DNA of 64,000 nucleotides from Asticcacaulis sp. (GTDB lineage Bacteria > Pseudomonadota > Alphaproteobacteria > Caulobacterales > Caulobacteraceae), in NCBI RefSeq assembly GCF_051956075.1, contig NZ_JBQCGA010000009.1:49498-113497 (forward strand). Reading direction: 5' to 3'. The number at the start of each line of letters is the position of its first letter. The first letter of the stretch is position 1. Positions 12,380 to 22,887 of this stretch are shown here, piece by piece. The notes beneath the pieces are model-generated. The model was given only the letters and a program-made list of their open reading frames with translations. It was not told where the DNA came from and did no database searches. A program made the translations under genes and the position numbers.

Positions 12380-12775
12380 TCAGGGGCTGCGGAAGTTCAG
12401 TTCCAGCAGCACATTGTTGGGATCGGTGACGAACAGTTGTTTGAGGCCGATCTCCGACAGGTCGGCAAAGCCGTAATCGAGGCCCATCGTCTTGATCCTG
12501 GCTTCGCAGGCGTCGAAATCGGCGCATTCGAAGGCGACATGGTGGATCGCGCCCGTGGCCGCGCCGGGCTGGACGTCGCGCGGCACGGTATTGTCCGTGC
12601 CAAACAGATTGAGATGGATGACCACCTTGTCGCCCGCATAGAGCCATTGCCGTTGCGATGGATCGCGCCTTGGCGCAGCCTTCGCCTCAAGCCCCAGCAA
12701 ATCGCGATAAAAGGCGATGGTCTGCGCCATGTCGCGCGTCTGGATATTGATATGGTCGAGATGAAGAGCGGTCAT
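12380..12775 (-). CDS. VOC/glyoxalase family protein
   Basis: LDHINI, HHVAF, QLFVTDPNNVLLEL pattern. Confidence 0.85.
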   Translation of the reverse strand: MTALHLDHINIQTRDMAQTIAFYRDLLGLEAKAAPRRDPSQRQWLYAGDKVVIHLNLFGTDNTVPRDVQPGAATGAIHHVAFECADFDACEARIKTMGLDYGFADLSEIGLKQLFVTDPNNVLLELNFRSP

Positions 12776-12776
12776 G

Positions 12777-15620
12777 TCAATGCGCCTCGTCCCAGTTGTC
12801 GGCGGCGTGGGCTTCGACGACCAGAGGCACGCTGATCTGGTAGGCGGGCAGGGCGGCGTTCGACATCACCTCGCGGATCAGCGGCATGACCGCCTCGACC
12901 TCGGCTTCGGGGGCCTCGAATATCAGCTCGTCATGCACCTGTAATAGCATGGTTGTGGTGTAACCCGCATCGCGCAGAGCGCCCGGCATCCGCATCATGG
13001 CGCGGCGGATGATATCGGCGGCGGTGCCTTGAATCGGCGCATTGATGGCGGCGCGTTCAGCAAAGGCTTTCTGCGCGCCCTTGCCGTTGATTTCAGGGAT
13101 ATGAATCTTGCGCCCCATCAAGGTGGTGACATAGCCATTGGCCGCCACGAACGCCTTGGTCGCGTCCATATAGGCCTTGATGCCGGGGAAGCGCTCGAAA
13201 TAAGTCTCGATATAGCGCCCGGCCTCGCCGCGCTCGATGCCGAGCTGGTTCGACAGGCCGAAGGCGGAAATGCCGTAAATGATGCCGAAATTGATCGCCT
13301 TGGCGCGGCGACGGATCTCCGAGGTCATCTGATCCATCGGCACCTCGAACATTTCCGACGCCGTCATGGCGTGAATATCGTCGCCACGCGCGAAGGCGTC
13401 TTTCAATTGCGGAATGTCGCCGATATGGGCCAGCAGGCGCAGCTCGATCTGCGAATAGTCGGCGCTGATCAGCCTGTGCCCCGGCTTGGCGATAAAGGCC
13501 CGGCGAATCTTGCGGCCTTCGGCGGTGCGGATCGGGATGTTTTGCAGGTTCGGCTCATTGGACGACAGACGCCCGGTCGGCGTCGCGGCCAGATGGAAGC
13601 TGGTGTGGATGCGCTGGGTGTTCGGATCGGCGTGGCCGGTCAGATTGTCGGTATAGGTGCCTTTCAGCTTGGCCATCTGGCGATAGTCGAGCAGCAGTTT
13701 CGCCAGCGGCTGGCCCTTTTCCGCCAGGTCTTCGAGAACCTTCACATCGGTGGCCCACTGGCCGGACGCCGTGCGCTTGCCGCCGGGCAGGGCCATTTCG
13801 TCGAAGAAGATCTGGCCCAGTTGCTGAGGACTGTTGAGATTGAACGGGCGGCCGACAAGCGCGTGCGCCTCGGCCTCGATCTCGCTCATGCGTACGCCAA
13901 AATCGTGCGACAGGGCTTGCAGAACCTGTGGGTCGATGCGGATGCCGGCCAGCTCCATCTCCGACAGGACGCCAGGCATGCCGCGCTCCAGCGTCTCATA
14001 GACGGTGACGAGGCCCTCACGCGCCAGACGCGGTTTCAACACCTGCCAAAGGCGTAAGGTCACATCGGCGTCCTCGGCGGCGTAGCGTGTGGCGGGCGCC
14101 AGTTCGACATGTTTAAACGATTTCAGGCTCTTGCCGGACCCGCAGACCTCCTTGAACGGGATCGGCGTATGGCCGAGATGCAGTTGGGATAGCTCATCCA
14201 TGCCGTGTCCGTGCAGCCCGCCCTCCAGCACATAGGAGATCAGCATGGTGTCGTCGAACGGCGCGACATCGACGCCGTAACGATGCAGGACGGACAGGTC
14301 GTATTTGATATTCTGACCCACTTTAAGAATATTCGGGTCTTCCAGCAGCGGCTTCAGCGCATGGAGGGCCTGATCGAGCGGAATCTGCGTCAGGCCCGCC
14401 CCGTCGCCGAAATCGAGGCCGTCGGACGCCGCGTGGCCAAGCGGGATGTAGCCGGCGCGGTTCGCACCCGTCGCCAGCGACACGCCGCAGAGCTTGGCGT
14501 GCGAGGCCGACAGATCGTCGGTTTCGGTGTCGATGGCGATCACCTGCGCAGCATAGGCTTCCGCGATCCAGGCGTTGAGGTCGTCCAGCGTCTGGACGCA
14601 GGCATAGGCGTCGAGATTGAACGGCACGGTCGCCGCCTCGGCGGGGCTGGCCGGTTTCACGCCATAGAGCGGACGCAGGATCGGCGCGGTCGGCACCTTA
14701 TCAATGGCGGTGGATGACTGCATGGCGCTGAGCGTTCCGCCGACGCGCCGCGCCAGCGAGGCGAACTCCATCGTGGTCAGAAAGGCGGTCAGCACCTCGC
14801 CGTCAGCGTCCTTCAGCACAAAGTCGTCGATCGGGGCTGGCGGCTCGACATCGCAGCGCAGGCGGACCAGCTCGCGCGACATCAGGATTTGTTCGCGGAA
14901 ATCGATCAGGGTCTGGCGGCGCTTCTCCTGCCTGATTTCCGAAGCGCGCGATAAAACACCGTCGAGGTCGCCGAAATCGGTCAGCAATTGCGCGGCGGTC
15001 TTGACGCCGATGCCGGGCGCGCCCGGCACATTGTCCGACGAATCGCCGATCAGGGCCTGGGCGTCCACCACCAGTTCGGGCGGCACGCCAAACTTTTCCA
15101 CCACCTGCGCGGCGTGAACCGGCGTCGATTTGACCGGGTCCATCAAGCGGACGTGTCTGGCGTCATCGACAAGCTGCATCAGGTCCTTGTCCGACGAGAC
15201 GATGGTGACCGCCATGCCCGCCTCGACCGCCATCTTGGTATAGGTGCAGATCAGGTCGTCGGCTTCGAAGCCCTGCAATTCGATGGCGGGCAGGCCGAAG
15301 GCGCGCGTCGCCTCGCGGATCAGCGGGAACTGCGGAATCAGGTCTTCGGGCGCGGGCGGGCGATGCGCCTTGTACTGATCATAGATTTCGTTGCGGAAGG
15401 TCTTGGCCCCGGCGTCGAAAATGACCGCCAGATGCGACGGCGCATCGTCGCCGCGATGCTCCTTGATCAGCTTGTAGAGCATGTTGCAAAAGCCCGCCAC
15501 CGCCCCGACCGGCAGCCCGTCCGACTTGCGCGTCAGAGGCGGCAGGCCGTGATAGGCGCGGAAAATATAGCCCGACCCGTCGATCAGAACGAGATGTTGC
15601 GGGGTTGTGGCGTCGGGCAT
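12777..15620 (-). CDS. polA: DNA polymerase I
   Basis: LVLIDGS 5' nuclease, DTET/GQNIKYD/YAAEDAD 3' exonuclease, ADYSQIELR and KAINFGIIYG polymerase motifs; alternative start 15641. Confidence 0.99.
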   Translation of the reverse strand: MPDATTPQHLVLIDGSGYIFRAYHGLPPLTRKSDGLPVGAVAGFCNMLYKLIKEHRGDDAPSHLAVIFDAGAKTFRNEIYDQYKAHRPPAPEDLIPQFPLIREATRAFGLPAIELQGFEADDLICTYTKMAVEAGMAVTIVSSDKDLMQLVDDARHVRLMDPVKSTPVHAAQVVEKFGVPPELVVDAQALIGDSSDNVPGAPGIGVKTAAQLLTDFGDLDGVLSRASEIRQEKRRQTLIDFREQILMSRELVRLRCDVEPPAPIDDFVLKDADGEVLTAFLTTMEFASLARRVGGTLSAMQSSTAIDKVPTAPILRPLYGVKPASPAEAATVPFNLDAYACVQTLDDLNAWIAEAYAAQVIAIDTETDDLSASHAKLCGVSLATGANRAGYIPLGHAASDGLDFGDGAGLTQIPLDQALHALKPLLEDPNILKVGQNIKYDLSVLHRYGVDVAPFDDTMLISYVLEGGLHGHGMDELSQLHLGHTPIPFKEVCGSGKSLKSFKHVELAPATRYAAEDADVTLRLWQVLKPRLAREGLVTVYETLERGMPGVLSEMELAGIRIDPQVLQALSHDFGVRMSEIEAEAHALVGRPFNLNSPQQLGQIFFDEMALPGGKRTASGQWATDVKVLEDLAEKGQPLAKLLLDYRQMAKLKGTYTDNLTGHADPNTQRIHTSFHLAATPTGRLSSNEPNLQNIPIRTAEGRKIRRAFIAKPGHRLISADYSQIELRLLAHIGDIPQLKDAFARGDDIHAMTASEMFEVPMDQMTSEIRRRAKAINFGIIYGISAFGLSNQLGIERGEAGRYIETYFERFPGIKAYMDATKAFVAANGYVTTLMGRKIHIPEINGKGAQKAFAERAAINAPIQGTAADIIRRAMMRMPGALRDAGYTTTMLLQVHDELIFEAPEAEVEAVMPLIREVMSNAALPAYQISVPLVVEAHAADNWDEAH

Positions 15621-15707
15621 GAGCGTCTCTCGGTTCGGCATAGGCGCTGTTCATAGCGGCATATGGGGAGGCTGCCAAATCAAAGCGACAGGGAATGGCA
15701 GGGGAAC

Positions 15708-15716
15708 TTATCCACA
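15708..15716 (+). promoter_or_regulatory. Consensus DnaA box in the polA/hbd divergent intergenic region
   Basis: Exact TTATCCACA. Confidence 0.55.
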
Positions 15717-15819
15717 TCTTCGGCGAAACCCGCCTTCAAGCCGTCCGCCGCGCCTTGCCTTTGCGTGAAATTTGCGCCCTAATCGGCCTCAAACAGGCAT
15801 TTCCGCAAGGATATATAGT

Positions 15820-16695
15820 ATGACAATCCAATCCGTAGGCGTGATCGGCGCTGGCCAGATGGGCGCCGGCATTGCGCAGGTGTGCGCGCAGAGCGGCTAT
15901 GAGGTCAAGCTGTTCGACCAGTCGCCTGATGCGGTCAGGGCCGCTTTGGGCCGCATCGAAAGGGGGCTGAACCGTCTGGTCGAAAAAGAGGCGATCAGCG
16001 ACGCCGACGCCAAGGCCGCGCTCGGTCGTCTGAGCGCCGCCGATGCGGTGACGGGCCTTGCCGATTGCGACCTCGTCATCGAGGCGGCGACCGAGAACGA
16101 AGCGGTCAAGAACGCCATCTTCAAATCGGTGTGCGAGCATCTGAAACCCGACGCGCTGCTGGCCTCCAACACCTCGTCGATCTCGATCACGCGTCTGGCC
16201 GCCGCCACCGACCGGCCCGGCAAGTTCATCGGCCTGCACTTCATGAATCCGGTGCCGGTGATGAAGCTGGTCGAGATCATTCGCGGCATCGCCACCGAGC
16301 CGGAAACCTACGCCACGGCGGTCGCCTTCGCCCAGTCGCTCGGCAAGGTCACGGCCAATGCCGAGGATTTTCCGGCCTTTATCGTCAACCGCGTCCTGAT
16401 CCCGATGATCAATGAAGCGGTCTATACCCTTTATGAAGGCGTCGGCACGGTCGAGGCCATCGACACCGGCATGAAGCTGGGGACCAATCACCCGATGGGG
16501 CCGCTGGAGCTGGCCGATTTTATCGGGCTGGACACCGTGCTGGCGATCATGAACGTCCTCTATGACGGGCTGGCCGATTCCAAGTACCGGCCGTGTCCGC
16601 TGCTGGTCAAATATGTCGAGGCGGGCTGGTACGGGCGCAAGACCGGACGCGGCTTCTACGATTATCGCGGCGAAAAGCCGGTTCCGACCCGGTGA
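15820..16695 (+). CDS. hbd: 3-hydroxybutyryl-CoA dehydrogenase
   Basis: [45 protein letters not shown]. Confidence 0.93.
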   Translation: MTIQSVGVIGAGQMGAGIAQVCAQSGYEVKLFDQSPDAVRAALGRIERGLNRLVEKEAISDADAKAALGRLSAADAVTGLADCDLVIEAATENEAVKNAIFKSVCEHLKPDALLASNTSSISITRLAAATDRPGKFIGLHFMNPVPVMKLVEIIRGIATEPETYATAVAFAQSLGKVTANAEDFPAFIVNRVLIPMINEAVYTLYEGVGTVEAIDTGMKLGTNHPMGPLELADFIGLDTVLAIMNVLYDGLADSKYRPCPLLVKYVEAGWYGRKTGRGFYDYRGEKPVPTR

Positions 16696-17120
16696 GTTTG
16701 CGGTTGCGGCAACCCGACGGTCTGTGGCTGGTCGTCGCAGGCGCCATTGCCCTGTGCGTTCACGGGGCGGTGTGGCTGGCGGCGCGCGTCCTGACCGGTG
16801 ATGCGGGCGCCGTCGCCGAGGCGCTGCGTCAGATGGCGCTGGCGCTCGGCTGGATGGCGTGCGCGCTGATCCTGTGGAAGATCAGACCGCCAACATCGCG
16901 CCTGCACGCGGTCGCCAGCGTCTTCGTCTGCGCGCTGGCCGTGACGGTGCTGGGCTCGCTGGCGGCGCTGGCGCGGTTGGTGGTCATCGACCATTATGCG
17001 GCGTCGCAGGAGCTTATATCTTCATTTACGCTTCTGAGTCTGGTGCTGATGATCGGTCATCTGGTTCTGGCCTTGCCCGCCATGCTGGTCATGCAGGCGG
17101 CGGCGCTGACGCGGCGATGA
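16692..17120 (+). CDS. Hypothetical multi-TM membrane protein
   Basis: GTGA overlap with the hbd stop and ATGA overlap with the next gene; about four hydrophobic segments. Confidence 0.6.
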   Translation: MSLRLRQPDGLWLVVAGAIALCVHGAVWLAARVLTGDAGAVAEALRQMALALGWMACALILWKIRPPTSRLHAVASVFVCALAVTVLGSLAALARLVVIDHYAASQELISSFTLLSLVLMIGHLVLALPAMLVMQAAALTRR

Positions 17121-18277
17121 GCGCGCCCCGCGTCGCGGCGCTCGATCATCTGCGCGGTCTCAGCATACTCGGCATCCTGCTGGTCAATGCGATCGCCTTC
17201 GCCCAGCCGTTCGACGTCTATTCGCTGCCCAACCTGTCGCCACTGAAGTTGACAGCGGCGGACCGGCTGACCTGGTGGATCAGTACGACCTTCTTTGAAA
17301 ACAAGTTCGTCACCGCCTTTACGCTGTTGTTCGGCGTCAGCATGTTTCTGGTCGGACGCGATGACCGGCCACATCTGCCGCTGTGGGAGCAGCCCCTGTT
17401 TCGACGGTTGGCGTGGCTGGCCATATTCGGCCTGCTTCACGGCGCACTGATCTGGCACGGGGACATCCTGCTGGCCTATGCGGTCACCGGCGCCTTCTTC
17501 TGGCGCTGGCGCGGGGCAGATGTGAAACTGCTGCTCGGTTTTGGCCTGTTTCTGTTTATCGCAGGCAATCTGGTCGTGGTCTGGCCGATGCTGGCCGCCG
17601 CGCCGGTGATCGCCGATCCTGAGCCCGTTCTGGCGACCGTGGCGAAGATGCAGGCGGGGTTTATGTCTTCGCTGGCTGAAAACGTCCGCGTCTGGGCGCA
17701 GGGCGAGTGGGGCGAGCTGGTCCAGTTCTTGCCACTCACCCTGGGCCTGATGATGATCGGGTTGGGGTTGTACAAGACCGGCTGGCTGCGCGGCGAAGCG
17801 CGCCCGCGCCTCTATATCCTGGCCGTGCTGGCGGCGATTCCGTGTCTGATTCTGTCCGGTGGATCGGCCTTTCTGGCGCAGGCGCAGGGCTTTCCGTTTC
17901 CTGAGACCCTCGGCCTCTATGATCTGGCCGGACGGTTCCTGTGCCTGCCCATCACGCTCGGCTATGCGGCGGCTCTGATCCTGCTAGCGCGCGCGTCCTT
18001 CGGGGCGTGGCTGTTGCACCCGCTGGCCTGCGCGGGGCGCATGGCGTTCAGTAACTATCTCATGCAGTCGCTGATCATGACCATGATCTTCTACGGAGGG
18101 CGCGGTCCCGGTCTTTTCGGAACGATGAATCACGCCGCGCTGCTTCCCATTGTTATCGCGATCTGGGCCGGGCAACTGGTTTTCAGCACGCTCTGGCTGC
18201 GCTATTTCCGCTACGGCCCGTTCGAGTGGGGCTGGCGCAGCCTGACCTACAACAAGCGGCTGCCGATTACTCGCTGA
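17117..18277 (+). CDS. DUF418 (YeiB-like) membrane protein
   Basis: LDHLRGLSILGILLVN, LIWHGDIL, GRMAFSNYLMQS, FRYGPFEWGWR. Confidence 0.9.
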   Translation: MSAPRVAALDHLRGLSILGILLVNAIAFAQPFDVYSLPNLSPLKLTAADRLTWWISTTFFENKFVTAFTLLFGVSMFLVGRDDRPHLPLWEQPLFRRLAWLAIFGLLHGALIWHGDILLAYAVTGAFFWRWRGADVKLLLGFGLFLFIAGNLVVVWPMLAAAPVIADPEPVLATVAKMQAGFMSSLAENVRVWAQGEWGELVQFLPLTLGLMMIGLGLYKTGWLRGEARPRLYILAVLAAIPCLILSGGSAFLAQAQGFPFPETLGLYDLAGRFLCLPITLGYAAALILLARASFGAWLLHPLACAGRMAFSNYLMQSLIMTMIFYGGRGPGLFGTMNHAALLPIVIAIWAGQLVFSTLWLRYFRYGPFEWGWRSLTYNKRLPITR

Positions 18278-19031
18278 GCAGCCTATCGACCAGCGCCTGA
18301 ACCTCCGGCGTGTCCCACGTCGCCTCACCGTCCAGACGCGCAACCTCGCGGCCCTGTTTGTCGAGGATCAGCGTCACCGGCATGCCGGAAATATTGTACA
18401 TCTGCGGCGCCTGAAATTCCTGATCGGCATAGACCTCCAGCGGCTGCTGCACGTCGATGAAGGATTTGACGTCGGCGAACTTGTCCTCGGTATCGACGCT
18501 GAGTGGCAGCACCTTGAACGCCTTCCCCGCATTATTGGCCTGCAATTTCGCCAGGGTCGGCATCTCGAAACGGCACGGCGCGCACCAGGTCGCCCAGACA
18601 TTGAGCACCACCACCTTGCCCTTGAAATCGCTCAGGCGCACCGGCTTCTTGTCGCCGTCGATAAAGCCGATATCGCCAATCTTTTGCGGCGTCGCGAAGG
18701 TTTGCAGATGCGCGAGAGAGCCCTTTGCGTAGGCCGCCAGCGGCCCGACCGCCTTGCCGGCGCTGGCGCTCGCCACAGTCGAATCCGCTGCGGGCGCCGC
18801 ATTTTTCGCCAGCATCATCCGCCCGATCCCCGTCGCCAGCGCGCCGAGCAGCACCAGCACGACGGCGCCGACGATCAGCACGGCGGGCAGGGGCGGGCGG
18901 CGCCGCTTCGCCGTCTTGACGGAAGGTGAATTTTCCGCCGTTTGCGGGTTGGGTTCCGGCGCGGCCTCGGCTATAGGCTGGTCCGGCTTTCGCTCCGCCT
19001 GATTGTCTTCGTTCTTCGCAGGTTCCGTCAT
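18267..19031 (-). CDS. tlpA: Membrane-anchored TlpA-family thiol:disulfide oxidoreductase
   Basis: N-terminal TM anchor, [10 protein letters not shown] active site, GMPVT cis-Pro; divergent from argH. Confidence 0.88.
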   Translation of the reverse strand: MTEPAKNEDNQAERKPDQPIAEAAPEPNPQTAENSPSVKTAKRRRPPLPAVLIVGAVVLVLLGALATGIGRMMLAKNAAPAADSTVASASAGKAVGPLAAYAKGSLAHLQTFATPQKIGDIGFIDGDKKPVRLSDFKGKVVVLNVWATWCAPCRFEMPTLAKLQANNAGKAFKVLPLSVDTEDKFADVKSFIDVQQPLEVYADQEFQAPQMYNISGMPVTLILDKQGREVARLDGEATWDTPEVQALVDRLLSE

Positions 19032-20448
19032 GTCCGACTCTTCCGACGCCCAATCCCCCGCTCATGGCGCGGGCCAGAAAATGTGGGGCGGTCGATTCAA
19101 TGCCCGTCCCGATGAGATCATGCAAGCCATCAATGTCTCCATTGATGTCGATCAGCGCATGTGGCGGCAGGATCTGGCCGGATCGAAGGCCCACGCCGCC
19201 ATGCTGGCGCAGCAAGCTATCATAACATCCGAGGACGCCCAAACGATCCTTGACGGGCTGGCGACCATTGAAGCCGAGCTGGAGGCCGGAACCTTCCCGT
19301 TCCGCGCCGAGTTCGAGGACATTCACATGAATGTCGAGGCGCGCCTGCGCGAACTGGTCGGGCCGGTGTCGGGCCGCCTGCACACGGCGCGTTCGCGCAA
19401 CGATCAGGTGGCGACCGATTTCCGCCTGTGGGTGCGCGACGCGGTGGACCGCACACTTGCGCAGCTCGACGACCTGCAAGCGGCTCTGGTCGAACGCGCG
19501 GAGCAATATGCGGACGCCCTGATGCCGGGCTTCACCCATTTGCAGCCCGCCCAGCCCGTGACTTTCGGCCATCATCTGATGGCCTATGTCGAAATGTTCG
19601 GGCGTGACCGTTCGCGCTTTGCCGACGCGCGCGCGCGCATGAACGAGAATCCTTTGGGCTCGGCGGCCCTGGCCGGATCGCCGTTCCCCATCGACCGTTT
19701 CGCTACGGCCAAGGCGCTCGGCTTCGACCGACCGATGCACAATTCTCTGGACGGCGTCTCGGCGCGCGATTTCGCGCTGGAATCCTTGAGCGACGCCTCG
19801 ATCTGCGCGGGTCATCTCAGCCGTCTGGCCGAGGAGATCGTCATCTGGACGACGCCCTATTTCGGTTTTATTCGCCTGTCGGACGCCTTCTCGACCGGCT
19901 CGTCCATCATGCCGCAGAAGCGCAATCCCGACGCCGCCGAGCTGGTGCGCGCCAAGACGGGCCGCATCAATGGCGCGCTGATCGCCCTGACCACGGTGAT
20001 GAAGGGCCTGCCTCTGGCCTATTCCAAGGACATGCAGGAGGACAAGCCGCCGGTGTTCGAAGCCTTCGACGCGCTCGATCTGGCCCTGCGCGCCATGACC
20101 GGCATGGTGCGCGATCTGGTCGCCAATACCGAGCGGATGCGCGCGGCGGCAGGTGCGGGTTTCTCGACTGCGACAGACCTGGCCGATTGGCTGGTTCGCA
20201 CCCTGAACATCCCGTTCCGTGACGCGCACCACATTACCGGCGCCGCCGTCAAGCTGGCTGAGGGCAAGGGTGTGGACCTGGCGCAACTGTCGCTGACCGA
20301 GCTGCAAAATCTGGAAGCCAGAATTACGGATGATGTGTATAAGGTTCTGACTCCTGAGGCCTCGGCGGCTTCGCGCCAATCCTATGGCGGCACGGCGCCC
20401 GATCAGGTTCGCTTGCAAATCCAGCGCTGGAAGGACCAACGCACATGA
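19030..20448 (+). CDS. argH: Argininosuccinate lyase
   Basis: [27 protein letters not shown]; start 19030 or 19081. Confidence 0.98.
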   Translation: MSDSSDAQSPAHGAGQKMWGGRFNARPDEIMQAINVSIDVDQRMWRQDLAGSKAHAAMLAQQAIITSEDAQTILDGLATIEAELEAGTFPFRAEFEDIHMNVEARLRELVGPVSGRLHTARSRNDQVATDFRLWVRDAVDRTLAQLDDLQAALVERAEQYADALMPGFTHLQPAQPVTFGHHLMAYVEMFGRDRSRFADARARMNENPLGSAALAGSPFPIDRFATAKALGFDRPMHNSLDGVSARDFALESLSDASICAGHLSRLAEEIVIWTTPYFGFIRLSDAFSTGSSIMPQKRNPDAAELVRAKTGRINGALIALTTVMKGLPLAYSKDMQEDKPPVFEAFDALDLALRAMTGMVRDLVANTERMRAAAGAGFSTATDLADWLVRTLNIPFRDAHHITGAAVKLAEGKGVDLAQLSLTELQNLEARITDDVYKVLTPEASAASRQSYGGTAPDQVRLQIQRWKDQRT

Positions 20449-20768
20449 TGAACCGCAACAAATTGCTGGCCGCCGCCGCCCTGACCGGCGCCCTGATCGC
20501 CGCGTCGCTGGCTTTGAGCGCCTGCGGCAAGGTCGGTGATCTGAAGCAGGCGCCGCCGATGTTCAATCACAAGGCGGAGCTGTCCTGGTCGACTTCGCAG
20601 AATAGCGACGGCGGCACGACCACCACCACCGACGATTCCCGCTCGGCCGATTCCGAAAAGGCCAAGCCCGACGCCAATGACGTGAACCGGGTGCCCAACC
20701 CCTATGTCGGCAACAAGTCCATTTCTGACGCCCCGCTGGAAGGCTTCGGCAACGCCGAACATCATTAA
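20445..20768 (+). CDS. Small lipoprotein (LppL/LptM-like) between argH and lysA
   Basis: Lipobox LSAC followed by GKVGDL; position just upstream of lysA. Confidence 0.7.
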   Translation: MMNRNKLLAAAALTGALIAASLALSACGKVGDLKQAPPMFNHKAELSWSTSQNSDGGTTTTTDDSRSADSEKAKPDANDVNRVPNPYVGNKSISDAPLEGFGNAEHH

Positions 20769-20776
20769 GATAAGCG

Positions 20777-22072
20777 ATGAACCATTTTGACTACCGCGAC
20801 GGCGAGATGTGCGCCGAAGGCGTTGCCTTGCGCGAACTGGCCGAGAAGGTCGGCACGCCCTTCTACGTCTATTCGTCGGCGACGCTGGAGCGGCACTTCA
20901 ACGTCTTTTCGCAGGCCGTGTCCGCGCCGCCGGAACTGAAAAGTCCCAAGGGCGAGGCGCCGCTGGTCGCCTTTGCCTGCAAGGCCAATTCCAACATGGC
21001 GGTGCTGGCGACATTGGCGCAAGTCGGCGCGGGCGCCGACACCGTGTCTGAAGGCGAAATCCGTAAAGCTCTGGCGGCGGGCGTTCCGGCGTCGAAAATC
21101 GTTTTTTCCGGCGTCGGCAAGACCGATGACGAAATGGCGTTCGCGCTCAAGGCGGGCATTTATCAGCTCAATGTCGAATCGCGCCCCGAACTGGAGCGGC
21201 TGGCGCGCGTCGCGGCCTCGCTGAACCGGGTCGCGCCGTTCGTGATCCGCATCAATCCCGGCGTCGGCGCGGGCGGGCACGCCAAGATCACCACCGGCGG
21301 CGCCAAGGACAAGTTCGGCATTTCGGCTGAGGAGGCGCTGGCCCTCTATGCCGACGCCGCCGCGCATCCCAATCTGGCCCCGGTCGGCCTGGCCTGCCAT
21401 ATCGGCAGCCAGATCACCGATCTGACGCCCATGCAGGCCGCGTTCGCCAAGATGCGCGGCTGGGTCATGGAGCTGCGCGCGCAGGGTCTGTCGGTCGAGC
21501 GCGTGGACTTAGGCGGCGGCCTAGGCGTTCCCTATTTCAACCAGCCCGAACCGCCGTCGCCGCAGGACTTCGCCGAAATGGTCGCCCTGACCATGGGCGA
21601 CCTCAAGGTGCGCTATACGTTCGAGCCGGGACGTCTGATCGCCGCCAATGCGGGCGCGCTGATTTCGCGCGTCATCCATGTGCATGAGCGGCAGGATTCG
21701 GGGCAGCAGTTTCTCGTCATCGACGCAGCAATGAACGATCTGATCCGCCCGGCGCTCTATGACGCCTATCACGACATCCGCCCGGTGGCGAAGCCGTCCG
21801 GCAATGCGCATGCGACCTATGATGTCGTGGGCCCGATCTGCGAGACCGGCGACACCTTTTCGCGCGGGCGCGACCTGCCGGAGCAGAAGGCGGGCGACCT
21901 GATCGCCTTTATGTCGGCGGGCGCCTATGGCGCGGTCATGGGCAGCGAGTACAACAGCCGCCCGCTCGCGCCTGAGGTGTTGGTGCGTGACGCAGACTGG
22001 TTTATCGTGCGACCCAGACCCAGCTATGAGGATATGATCGCCCGCGAACCCGTGCCGGGCTGGCTCAAATAG
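20777..22072 (+). CDS. lysA: Diaminopimelate decarboxylase
   Basis: TPFYVYS, FACKAN PLP lysine, HIGSQ, DLGGG, EPGR, GPICETGD. Confidence 0.98.
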   Translation: MNHFDYRDGEMCAEGVALRELAEKVGTPFYVYSSATLERHFNVFSQAVSAPPELKSPKGEAPLVAFACKANSNMAVLATLAQVGAGADTVSEGEIRKALAAGVPASKIVFSGVGKTDDEMAFALKAGIYQLNVESRPELERLARVAASLNRVAPFVIRINPGVGAGGHAKITTGGAKDKFGISAEEALALYADAAAHPNLAPVGLACHIGSQITDLTPMQAAFAKMRGWVMELRAQGLSVERVDLGGGLGVPYFNQPEPPSPQDFAEMVALTMGDLKVRYTFEPGRLIAANAGALISRVIHVHERQDSGQQFLVIDAAMNDLIRPALYDAYHDIRPVAKPSGNAHATYDVVGPICETGDTFSRGRDLPEQKAGDLIAFMSAGAYGAVMGSEYNSRPLAPEVLVRDADWFIVRPRPSYEDMIAREPVPGWLK

Positions 22073-22094
22073 GCTGTGCGAAGGGGGAGATGAC

Positions 22095-22619
22095 ATGACG
22101 CCGAGCAACCGATCGCCGTTCGCGCCGCTGAACCGTGGCCTTTTTCTTACCCGGCTGGTCATGATCTGGGAGCGTCTGCTGCCCGCCCTGTCGCCCTTTG
22201 TCGTGCTGGTTCTGCTCATCTCGGTCGCGGGGCAATGGGGCCTGTTCGAGCGCCTGCCCACGCCGTCCGCCCACGCGGCCGCGCTGATCGTCGGCTTCGT
22301 GCTGGCCCTGATCGCCGCCATCCGGGCGCTGCGGCGCTTTCGCATGCCAGGCTTTACCGAGATCAATGCGCGGCTGGCGCTGGATAATGGTCTGAAGCCG
22401 GAAAAGCTCCTCGCCATGCGCCATATGAAGGACCAGCCCCGCCTCAAGGTCGGCAAGCCCAAGGCCGGTCTGGCGCAAGGCGATCCGTTCGCCCTGCGCT
22501 ATATCGCCCTGACGGCGGCGATTTTCGGCTTCGTCCTGCTGGGGCCGGTCCCGCTGTCGAAGATCGAAGCGGCCTTCTGCCCAGCGGCGCACAGCCTGAT
22601 GTTGGCCAGCCGGAATTAA
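22095..22619 (+). CDS. Short protein resembling only the N-terminal membrane part of the TIGR02302/DUF4175 family
   Basis: WERLLP and DPFALR motifs and position after lysA; only 174 aa. Confidence 0.6.
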   Translation: MTPSNRSPFAPLNRGLFLTRLVMIWERLLPALSPFVVLVLLISVAGQWGLFERLPTPSAHAAALIVGFVLALIAAIRALRRFRMPGFTEINARLALDNGLKPEKLLAMRHMKDQPRLKVGKPKAGLAQGDPFALRYIALTAAIFGFVLLGPVPLSKIEAAFCPAAHSLMLASRN

Positions 22620-22622
22620 GGA

Positions 22623-22700
22623 CAGATTTGCGTTTTCTTCCGTGAGCTGCCGCAGGAGCCGCATCTCGGACGGCATCAGGCCGACATACTTTTCCCGGGC
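22623..22700 (-). mobile_element. Relic of an IS3-family transposase OrfA
   Basis: Reads KYVGLMPSEMRLLRQLTEENANL, matching the IS3 OrfA pattern KKYxGLxxSExRRLRQLEEEN from recall; no termini or OrfB seen. Confidence 0.7.
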
Positions 22701-22727
22701 AAGTCCAGCACAGCTTCCAAGAAGGAC

Positions 22728-22804
22728 TGGTGGTTGGAGGCGGGATCGAACCGCCGACCTGTGGGTTATGAATCCACCGCTCTAACCATCTGAGCTACCC
22801 AACC
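22728..22804 (-). tRNA. tRNA with CAT anticodon (elongator Met or Ile2; not initiator)
   Basis: GGTTGGG..GTGGA-TTCATAA-CCCAC..GTTCGAT..TCCAACCACCA; paired G1-C72 argues against fMet. Confidence 0.95.
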
Positions 22805-22843
22805 GAACCAGGGCCTCGACCCGCGCGCGGCGGGGAGGCTGGC

Positions 22844-22872
22844 CCTATAGCCAATCTGCGGGACGGGTTCAA
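22844..22872 (-). promoter_or_regulatory. Sigma70-type promoter of the CAT tRNA
   Basis: Minus strand TTGAAC-N17-TATAGG about 40 nt upstream of the tRNA. Confidence 0.6.
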
Positions 22873-22887
22873 GCGTCTTTCGCAAAT

